56,575 nucleotides of DNA from an uncultured Pseudomonadales bacterium (GTDB lineage Bacteria; Patescibacteriota; Microgenomatia; UBA1400; RBG-16-45-19): positions 24,099 through 80,673 of the forward strand of contig CAYYKL010000003.1 of assembly GCA_964441155.1 (NCBI GenBank), read 5' to 3'. This document shows positions 46,527 through 53,922 of the stretch, piece by piece (the first letter of the stretch is position 1; every line of letters begins with the position of its first letter). Below the pieces are notes generated by a model, which was given only the letters and a program-made list of their open reading frames with translations, ran no database searches and was not told the DNA's origin. Position numbers and translations under genes: made by a program.

Positions 46527-47207
46527 ATGGTAGCAGCTAATCAAGTAAAGTCAATTTTTCCTGGCATAAAAGTGGTGGCGTTGGACTTCGACGATACCCT
46601 GTGCATGACGCAAAAAGCCTGTTTTCGCTTAGAAAATATGGCCGCACTCGCCATCGGATTCGCGCCTATGAGCCTTGAGACTCATTTGGGCAGTTGGGGA
46701 AAACCCATGACGCAAGTGCTGCAACAGCGGTTTCCTGGTGTAGATGAGGCAGCGTTCATGCGCTCATACAAAAAATGTTTGGTCCAAGCAAAACTTGAAG
46801 GTTGGTATGACTTGATTGCCCTTAAAAATTATCATGCTCTGGATCAACTCGAGTCACATGGAATTCACTTGGCGCTCCTTTCATCACGTTCTCAGGCAGA
46901 AATGCAGCATTTGATGCTGCCTGACCATCCACTGGCATCGTATATCGAACGCTTTTATTACCTTGAAAATTGCGCTTTTCACAAGCCCGATGGCCGGGTG
47001 TTTGATGGAATGCTTAAGGATTTTGGAGTTTCTCCAGACCAAGTGCTTTATGTCGGCGATAGTGTGTCGGACGCACAAGCGTGCGAGCAAGCGGGCATTG
47101 TATTTGTGGCTACACTTGAAAGTGGGCTAAGGAATAAAGAGGATTTTGAGAATTTTCCGGTGCGTGCGTTTATTTCAGACTTCAGTGAGCTTCCAACTCT
47201 CTTATAA
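46527..47207 (+). CDS. HAD superfamily hydrolase
   Basis: Motif I VALDFDDTL (DxDxT), motif II LLSSRS, motif IV YVGDSVSD. Confidence 0.7.
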   Translation: MVAANQVKSIFPGIKVVALDFDDTLCMTQKACFRLENMAALAIGFAPMSLETHLGSWGKPMTQVLQQRFPGVDEAAFMRSYKKCLVQAKLEGWYDLIALKNYHALDQLESHGIHLALLSSRSQAEMQHLMLPDHPLASYIERFYYLENCAFHKPDGRVFDGMLKDFGVSPDQVLYVGDSVSDAQACEQAGIVFVATLESGLRNKEDFENFPVRAFISDFSELPTLL

Positions 47208-47253
47208 AAGACGTAAAATACGATATAACAATAGCAATTAGATATGAGGAACT

Positions 47254-47574
47254 ATGATTCAAGCCAAAGTTAACGGTTTCTTTGAATTTATTCGCGAACA
47301 AGGTGTCGTTGGCCTAGCCATTGGTTTTGTGCTGGGTGGTTCAGTGTCAAAACTCGTCAACTCTTTAGTGCAAGATATGATCAACCCACTTCTGGGTCCA
47401 ATTTTGGGGGCAGCAGGGGATCTCAACCAACAAGTGCTTAAGCTTGGAGCGGTTGAACTCAAATGGGGTAGTTTTGCTAATAATCTCATTGATTTTGTGA
47501 TTATGGCAGCAGTCGTTTACTTTGTTTTCAAGGGTTTGGGACTCGAGAAAGTTGATGCGCCGAAAAAGAAATAA
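47254..47574 (+). CDS. mscL: Large-conductance mechanosensitive channel
   Basis: FFEFIREQGVVGLAIGFVLGGSVSKLVNSLVQDMINPLLG, a second TM helix, and the expected length of 106 aa. Confidence 0.9.
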   Translation: MIQAKVNGFFEFIREQGVVGLAIGFVLGGSVSKLVNSLVQDMINPLLGPILGAAGDLNQQVLKLGAVELKWGSFANNLIDFVIMAAVVYFVFKGLGLEKVDAPKKK

Positions 47575-47686
47575 GTGTAACTGCATTTTATTTCTCGAGT
47601 TTAGTTCTCGCAATTTTCGCTCGAAAAGTATATTCAAAAAGTTGATTTTGCCTCAGTAGATATTGTTGTGGCTAGAGTTTTCTCCA

Positions 47687-47718
47687 CTAACCCCTAAAAA
47701 CTATCACCTAACCCCTAA
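47687..47718. repeat. Direct repeat CTAACCCCTAA twice, 21 nt start to start, 30-60 nt upstream of pyrD
   Basis: Copies at 47687-47697 and 47708-47718, read directly from the sequence. Confidence 0.85.
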
Positions 47719-47748
47719 TAAGCTTCGGGTGTAGAATAAGAGCTCATC

Positions 47749-48879
47749 ATGAAAGCCACTAATTTTTTTGCATCTAGCTACCAAAAAGTGCTTAAGCCTT
47801 TGCTGTTTCAATTCGATGCCGAGATGGTCCATGATCTTATGACTAATGCGGGTGAATTGTTGGGTGATTTCCCGGCAACCAGGCAGTTAACGCAGAAGCT
47901 GTTTGTTTACGAACAGGAAGCATTGACTCAAAAAATTCATGGAACTACATTTAAAAATCCGATTGGCTTGTCGGCTGGATTTGACTACAACGCTCGTCTG
48001 ACTTCAATTTTGCCTTCAGTTGGTTTTGGTTTTGCTAGTGTGGGCACAGTAACGCGCAATCCCTATGCTGGGAACCCTAAACCTCGATTAGGAAGACTGC
48101 CAAACTCTCAATCTTTGTTGGTCAATAAAGGCTTTAAAAGCTTGGGCATTGAGCGTGTTCTCAACAATCACGTCAAGTTGGTTGACGCAGGCTTTCAGGT
48201 GGGAATTTCTATTGGAGCCACCAACTCGCCTCAAACGTCGACGACTGAAACTCAAATTGAAGATATTGTTTCAAGTTTTTCGTATCTTAAAAACCACAAA
48301 CGAGCTCTCGATTTCGCGTATTACGAATTAAACATTTCATGTCCCAATGTACGTGGCTCAGGCAATTTGGCCAGTCCTAAAGCGTTGACAACCGTGCTTA
48401 GGCAACTCAAATCACTTAAGCTCAAAAAACCGTTATGGGTGAAGTTTCCAATTGAGCAAAGTTGGAGCGAATCGAAACCATTAATAACTATAATGATCGA
48501 TTTTGGGGTTCAGGCAGTCGTGATTGGGAACTTAGCAAAAGACCGATCAAATCCTGCACTTCAATTAGATGAACTGAAAAACATAGAACACGCTAAAGGG
48601 AATTTTAGTGGTAAACCGACTTGGGAATTGTCTAACTCTTTAATTAAACAAACCCACAAAACGTTTGGCAAAGACATCAAAATTGTAGGAGTTGGGGGAG
48701 TGTTTAGTGCAAGCGATGCTTATCACAAGATCAAACTTGGAGCATCATTGGTCCAACTGATCACGGGCATGATTTTCATGGGTCCACAGCTTATTGGTCA
48801 AATCAATCAAGGTTTGGTTGAACAGATGCATGAAAATGGCTTCGACCACATAAGTCAGGCGATTGGTTCGGGCATTTAA
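47749..48879 (+). CDS. pyrD: Dihydroorotate dehydrogenase
   Basis: FKNPIGLSAGFDYNA, ELNISCPN, GNLAKDR, GKPT and IVGVGGVFSASDAYHKIKLGASLVQL. Confidence 0.85.
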   Translation: MKATNFFASSYQKVLKPLLFQFDAEMVHDLMTNAGELLGDFPATRQLTQKLFVYEQEALTQKIHGTTFKNPIGLSAGFDYNARLTSILPSVGFGFASVGTVTRNPYAGNPKPRLGRLPNSQSLLVNKGFKSLGIERVLNNHVKLVDAGFQVGISIGATNSPQTSTTETQIEDIVSSFSYLKNHKRALDFAYYELNISCPNVRGSGNLASPKALTTVLRQLKSLKLKKPLWVKFPIEQSWSESKPLITIMIDFGVQAVVIGNLAKDRSNPALQLDELKNIEHAKGNFSGKPTWELSNSLIKQTHKTFGKDIKIVGVGGVFSASDAYHKIKLGASLVQLITGMIFMGPQLIGQINQGLVEQMHENGFDHISQAIGSGI

Positions 48880-48920
48880 ATAAAGTTGCAATCAACTCTC
48901 TTTCACCAGATACTTAAGCC

Positions 48921-50102
48921 ATGACTTGGCGTTTTGGATGTATCGTTGCCCTACTGTTAATGGTGTTTTCCTCAAAGACAAACGCTCAAACTTTGCCGGC
49001 CGGATTTGCCCGCAATCCTTATGGCGTGGCAGGATCTCCCGGAGCGTTGAAATCGCTCTCCATGCCAGCTACCAGCTCGTTTTATGATTGGACCCCTAAA
49101 GAAAAAGCGCGCTACATAACGGTCCGCCCATACAGTCCTCCTCGGGGAGGTATTGCGGCTGATGATTCGACAAATCCTTTTTTTTGGAACTTAAGCAGTG
49201 GCATGATTGGTCGAAGCGAAGCGGATAGAACCAAATTTCGAGAATTTGTCCTGAGAAATAAAGGGGCAATATGGATTGTTGGCAATGAACCAGAACGTAG
49301 CTCGCAAGATAACTTGACGCCAACGGAATATGCCAAAATGTTTCATACCTATCACACGTCGGTTAAGCAGCTCGATTCCAGTGCTAAGCTGGCAATTGCA
49401 TCAGTGGGGCAAGTGACGTATTACGTGGAGTTTGGAGCTGTGCGACCATACTACGATTCAGTATTCGCCGAGTATAAACGATTGTATGGCGTACCCTTGC
49501 CACTCGATTACTGGAATTTACATACATACTATGCCGGTTGGGAACCACAGCATGAGTCAGAGCCTGTGGCCATGGTCACTAAAACTTTTGACACGATAAT
49601 AAATCCCTATATTACCTATGCCCAATCAGTCGATGCCGGTCGGTATCGGGATAAAAAAATAATCGCCACCGAAATTGGCTTAGGACTTCCGAATGATAAT
49701 GCCCTTGGCTTAAGTGAAGCTAAAGCATTGGAATTTGTGAGATTGTATACGCAACGTTTTGTCGCTGGCGTAGATGCAGGCACCTTTGTCGGCTTTTTCT
49801 GGTTCTATGGGGGATGGAAGAACCAGTGCGCTCATTCCTTTGAGTGTCTTATTGCCTCCGATTGGAAGACTCCCACCGCAACTGGTGCTCTATATGCCCA
49901 ACTTGCGAGGAACTGGGATCGACAATTTGGTTTGGAGCAGGCAGACTTTAATCAAGATAAAAAAATTGGGATTCTCGATTTTAGTGGGCTAGTCAAAGTA
50001 TTTGGGACGAATAATGCTCTGTTGTCACTTGATTCCGATCCGAAAATCACCCGGGCTGACCTGACTATTTTCAAACAAGTGTTTAATCTGGCGAATCAGT
50101 AA
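48921..50102 (+). CDS. Secreted clan GH-A-like glycoside hydrolase with a C-terminal dockerin-like segment
   Basis: Signal peptide ..SSKTNAQ. IWIVGNEPE (the NEP acid/base motif typical of GH-A TIM barrels). IIATEIG as a possible nucleophile block. ADFNQDKKIGILDFSGLVKVFG. Confidence 0.5.
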   Translation: MTWRFGCIVALLLMVFSSKTNAQTLPAGFARNPYGVAGSPGALKSLSMPATSSFYDWTPKEKARYITVRPYSPPRGGIAADDSTNPFFWNLSSGMIGRSEADRTKFREFVLRNKGAIWIVGNEPERSSQDNLTPTEYAKMFHTYHTSVKQLDSSAKLAIASVGQVTYYVEFGAVRPYYDSVFAEYKRLYGVPLPLDYWNLHTYYAGWEPQHESEPVAMVTKTFDTIINPYITYAQSVDAGRYRDKKIIATEIGLGLPNDNALGLSEAKALEFVRLYTQRFVAGVDAGTFVGFFWFYGGWKNQCAHSFECLIASDWKTPTATGALYAQLARNWDRQFGLEQADFNQDKKIGILDFSGLVKVFGTNNALLSLDSDPKITRADLTIFKQVFNLANQ

Positions 50103-50112
50103 GCAATCTAAA

Positions 50113-51447
50113 TTATTTTTTCTGGTGGAACTGCAGATTTGGTTTTCGATCAATCGCATTAATTTCTTCAGGAGAGGTAGCAGATTCACCTCGGGCATAG
50201 GCCCAAGTGGCTGCCAAACCAATCATGCCCGCGTTATCACCGGTGAAATTTTTTGGTGCGGCGAACAATTGCCCACCCATTTTTTTCATCTCCATGCGCA
50301 GTTGTTTGCGCAAGGCTAGATTGGCCGATACTCCACCGGTGAGCACCAATTGTTTGATGCCAGTGGTCGCAACCGCTCGTCTCACTTTAAAAATCAGGGC
50401 ATTGATAACCGCTTGCTGAAAGGAGGCAGAGAAGTCTTGGATAAAGTTTGGAGTACGGAGTACGGAGTACGGGGATCTGAGTGCGGGGTTCAGGGTTCGG
50501 GGTTCGGGGTTCGACAACTTCCCATTGCTCATAACTCCGGACTCGGCACTCCTTACTCTGTCTGTGTAGGTGCCAATGCGATGGTCTCCCGCAAGCATTT
50601 GGACCGCTTTGGTTTTGAGGCCGGAAAAGGAAAAATTGAGATCTTCATGCGGTGTGTTTTTCAAGGGGAGGGGAAAGACAGAAGAAAGAGGGTTGCCCGC
50701 TTTGGCCATATGCTCGAGTACGGGGCCAGCGGGGTATCCCAAACCCAGTTCACGCCCAACTTTATCAATCACTTCACCCGCGGCATCGTCCAGGGTTTGG
50801 CCGAGAAGCGTGTGGCGTAGTCCCTCGACAGTCTGGCTCCTCGCAGTCGCCAGATCTGCTCGGGATGACAACGCTGATTTGGATAGCGTATCAGCGTTGT
50901 CAATTTTTTGCTTTGAAGTAATAACAAGCTCTGTGTGGCCACCAGAAACAATCAGGGATAAGAAAGGGAATTGGAGTTCAGAAATGTTTTTGATATAAGG
51001 CATTCCGCTTGAGCGCTTCAAAAACACGCTCGCGATATGGCCTTCGAGGTGATTTACAGGAATTAACGGAAGGTTGTGCTTTATGGCAATTTCCTTAGCT
51101 GTTCTCAAGCCTACTTCGAGTGCTGGTGGCAAACCCGGTCCAACCGTGACGGCGATAGCGTCAATAGTCGTGAGACGTTTGACGAGCGACGAGCGAGGGG
51201 GGGTACAACAGTAGAAACAATCGCAAGTTTTATGCCTTGGAAATATTGCATTCGCCCGAGCGATTGTTCTTTTAAGCAAAATTGGCAAGCGCTCCTCGTG
51301 GTTGCGCCGCGCCACCCCCGGATTCACCCCTCCAAATTCTTGGTGATGCTTGATTTGCGAATAGGTTGATTGCGTCAGCATGCGGAATCCGTCGACCACG
51401 GCAACAGAGGTTTCATCGCAGCTGGTTTCTATAGCAAGAATTTTCAT
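50113..51447 (-). CDS. tsaD: tRNA N6-adenosine threonylcarbamoyltransferase TsaD (Kae1/Gcp family), about 100 aa longer than usual
   Basis: MKILAIETSCDETSVAVV, VTVGPGLPPAL, PVNHLEGH, LIVSGGHTEL, DDAAGE, FSFSGLKT, LTGGVSAN and TGDNAGMIG. Confidence 0.9.
   Translation of the reverse strand: MKILAIETSCDETSVAVVDGFRMLTQSTYSQIKHHQEFGGVNPGVARRNHEERLPILLKRTIARANAIFPRHKTCDCFYCCTPPRSSLVKRLTTIDAIAVTVGPGLPPALEVGLRTAKEIAIKHNLPLIPVNHLEGHIASVFLKRSSGMPYIKNISELQFPFLSLIVSGGHTELVITSKQKIDNADTLSKSALSSRADLATARSQTVEGLRHTLLGQTLDDAAGEVIDKVGRELGLGYPAGPVLEHMAKAGNPLSSVFPLPLKNTPHEDLNFSFSGLKTKAVQMLAGDHRIGTYTDRVRSAESGVMSNGKLSNPEPRTLNPALRSPYSVLRTPNFIQDFSASFQQAVINALIFKVRRAVATTGIKQLVLTGGVSANLALRKQLRMEMKKMGGQLFAAPKNFTGDNAGMIGLAATWAYARGESATSPEEINAIDRKPNLQFHQKK
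50450..50512. repeat. Nine tandem heptanucleotide units inside tsaD
   Basis: GGAGTAC GGAGTAC GGAGTAC GGGGATC TGAGTGC GGGGTTC AGGGTTC GGGGTTC GGGGTTC on the plus strand. Total 63 nt, in frame, encoding SNPEPRTLNPALRSPYSVLRT on the minus strand. Confidence 0.9.
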
Positions 51448-51504
51448 ATAAGAGCTATAACCGATAAAGTTAGTCTGGATATCTTATCAGAAGATTTCTA
51501 AAAC

Positions 51505-52833
51505 TTAATTGCGGAAGGTGGGCAAAATCCGAAGATTTTCGAAATATATCTTGGCTTGTTCACCAGTGAAAACATTGGGGTTGCTGTGTAAGACTAGTGC
51601 ATCAGCAGTGTAGGGTTGTCCCAGATCACTGGTAAACATATTCTGTGATTCATTAGAGAAGAAAATCGAATTACTATTGGAATCATCCCTTCCATTGCTC
51701 GTTCTAGCTTCAGTTACATACCATTTTCCATTTGAGGAACCAAAATACAAATAGAACTTCATGGGCAAAAAGAATTGATCCCAGGATGCTTCTAAGGTTG
51801 TGTAATTATTACGCCCGGGATCAGATCTAACTTCATATCGATTATCTTGTAAAGGATCGTCGAAGGGATAAAAATATTGACCGTTGACATCAATAATCAT
51901 ATTGTCAGCGGTAACGCTAACAGTCTCAGTTTGAAGATTTACGAGATGCTGAGTTGTCATGTCAGGAATATTTATTGGTGTCGGTTGATTTTCACCACTC
52001 ACAACAACATCAAAAGGATAATCGCATGGACTCAAAGTATTGTTTGAGCCCACTATACGGTAGCGGGGTTTATATGTTCCAGGTTTGTAAAAAGTATGAT
52101 TCAAACCGTCTTTTTCTATAAATGTATCCCAAACTCCATCCCTGTTGAAATCCCATTGATAGCCCACAAAATACAAACCTGGTTGCAAAGACTGCGACCC
52201 TCCATGGAAAAAGGCAGTTAAGGGTGCATCACCTGTATCTGGAGCAATGCTTGGCTCAAGGCAAGACATCTTTTCTGGAGGATAAACGTGTAAAGGAATT
52301 TGAACCGTTGCGATAATTTGCCCTGCATACTTTGCTTGAACATTAATGAAGCTCTCGCCAACTTGTAGGGAATTCACGCTAACCCTGCTGTTATTGCAAA
52401 TATCAAATTGAGGTTGAGAGGGATCGCATAGGTGAGAGTGGCTTATTTGAGCTATGTTTTGATCAGTGACGCTCCAGATATATTCATATCCCGGATTAAA
52501 CGTGACATTAAAGCCCCCTTTGTACAAGATCACGCTTGGCTCCCAATTGGATCTGTCACCAAGAATCTCACTCTGCTCAGTTTCCCCTGGGTAGAGATTT
52601 GGCTTGAGTACGAAATTTGTTTCTTGAATTGTGTCTTTGCCAAACCATTCAACCATTTGATTAAAATCAAAAATATCGATTCGGTTATTGCCGTTAACGT
52701 CTCCGGGTAGGCTTACCTCATAGCCATGAGCATTTGAGACAAAAGAGCCAATTACTAATATTAAAGTACTCGAAGCAATTACGAATATTACACGTTTAAT
52801 TTTGACCATATATTCACTATAACACGAGCTCAC
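51505..52833 (-). CDS. Secreted protein with an N-terminal dockerin-like segment, an Ig-like domain and a PKD domain
   Basis: Signal/anchor VIFVIASSTLILVIGSFVSNAHG. GDVNGNNRIDIFDFNQMVEWFG. PKD-like APLTAFFHGGS...GYQWDFNRDGVWD...HTFYKPGTYKPRYRIV. Confidence 0.65.
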   Translation of the reverse strand: MSSCYSEYMVKIKRVIFVIASSTLILVIGSFVSNAHGYEVSLPGDVNGNNRIDIFDFNQMVEWFGKDTIQETNFVLKPNLYPGETEQSEILGDRSNWEPSVILYKGGFNVTFNPGYEYIWSVTDQNIAQISHSHLCDPSQPQFDICNNSRVSVNSLQVGESFINVQAKYAGQIIATVQIPLHVYPPEKMSCLEPSIAPDTGDAPLTAFFHGGSQSLQPGLYFVGYQWDFNRDGVWDTFIEKDGLNHTFYKPGTYKPRYRIVGSNNTLSPCDYPFDVVVSGENQPTPINIPDMTTQHLVNLQTETVSVTADNMIIDVNGQYFYPFDDPLQDNRYEVRSDPGRNNYTTLEASWDQFFLPMKFYLYFGSSNGKWYVTEARTSNGRDDSNSNSIFFSNESQNMFTSDLGQPYTADALVLHSNPNVFTGEQAKIYFENLRILPTFRN

Positions 52834-52884
52834 ATTCGAAGATCAAAGGCTACGCTTAATATGAAAATTATTCCGGCGTCAAAA

Positions 52885-52980
52885 TCAGTTTTTTTGAAGC
52901 TTGCGCTTTCTTGAGTGAGATCCATCCATCACCGCCACCAAGGTTTCATCGCAGCTAATTTCTATTGCTAGGATATTCAT
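52885..52980 (-). pseudogene. Orphan 5' fragment of a tsaD-like gene (31 codons)
   Basis: MNILAIEISCDETLVAVMDG then SHSRKRKLQKN-stop, compared with the tsaD start MKILAIETSCDETSVAVVDG. The DNA block ggtttcatcgcagct is identical to 51409-51423. Confidence 0.65.
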
Positions 52981-53045
52981 GCGATACATTATACTTGAAC
53001 TAGATCATCTGCTTTTTGCTCGCGCAATGGAATCGCCTCACTATC

Positions 53046-53849
53046 ATGAAAAAATGCCTCTTGCTGCTTTCACTGTTTTTATTCCTGTTTGCTCCCGGTG
53101 CACATGCCATAGACTATTCGTGCCCCCTGCATAAGCAAGATATAACTGGTGTAATGCAATGGAATGATGGTTTTCCCTTTAATGCCTACGACAGGCACTC
53201 GCATTGCGGAAGTGGCAGTTGTAATTCTTGGGCTCCTGTAGATGTCAATGCCTATTATGGAAGCCAAGTGAAATCTCCGGTGAGTGGCCAAATTGTCTCA
53301 TTCTTTTATGGTAGTGATGGATTTCTGCCGGGAAATGCTTATAGGATTGGTATCAGAGGCGATGATGGTCTGTATTACAAACTTGTTCATCTGAAAGAAG
53401 CATATATCACTTCTGAAACTAAAACTGTTGTGGCCGGACAACGATTGGGCAGATTGATTACGCGGCAACAAACTGCGAGTGCTCAGCGAGAGTGTGATCG
53501 GCAACAAACCCATACATCTGAAGATTGCATTAAAGTGCACCTACACTTTGAAGTGTATAGCGGCACCGGGTTTGATAAGCCGACAGAGAATGGGGGAAGA
53601 ACTCCTGAGTTTTTACTCAATCATTGCGGCATTGGCCGGCCTGCAGATAAGGCAGAATTTCCAAACCTGCCTACGCTTAATTGCGCCAAAGTTGCCGGCA
53701 ATCCACATATCAATCGTTGTTTTATGCAAAATCCACTGGATTTGACCGGTGATGATGCGGTAACTATAGATGATTATCGATTAGTCATTTCAAACTATGG
53801 CTCTTATTCGCTTAGTATGTTGAACCGATTAATCTCAAGATTATATTAA
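53046..53849 (+). CDS. Secreted M23/LytM-like protein (degenerate HxxxD, HLH retained) with a C-terminal dockerin-like segment
   Basis: Signal MKKCLLLLSLFLFLFAPGAHA. VKSPVSGQIV, YYKLVHLKE, VVAGQRLGRL and KVHLHFEVY. LDLTGDDAVTIDDYRLVISNYG. Confidence 0.5.
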   Translation: MKKCLLLLSLFLFLFAPGAHAIDYSCPLHKQDITGVMQWNDGFPFNAYDRHSHCGSGSCNSWAPVDVNAYYGSQVKSPVSGQIVSFFYGSDGFLPGNAYRIGIRGDDGLYYKLVHLKEAYITSETKTVVAGQRLGRLITRQQTASAQRECDRQQTHTSEDCIKVHLHFEVYSGTGFDKPTENGGRTPEFLLNHCGIGRPADKAEFPNLPTLNCAKVAGNPHINRCFMQNPLDLTGDDAVTIDDYRLVISNYGSYSLSMLNRLISRLY

Positions 53850-53922
53850 TCTGGAATTTGCCTCCCACCCACTTAAAATAAGGGCTTGAACGACACCCTT
53901 TTAACCTGCTAGACTTTTATAC

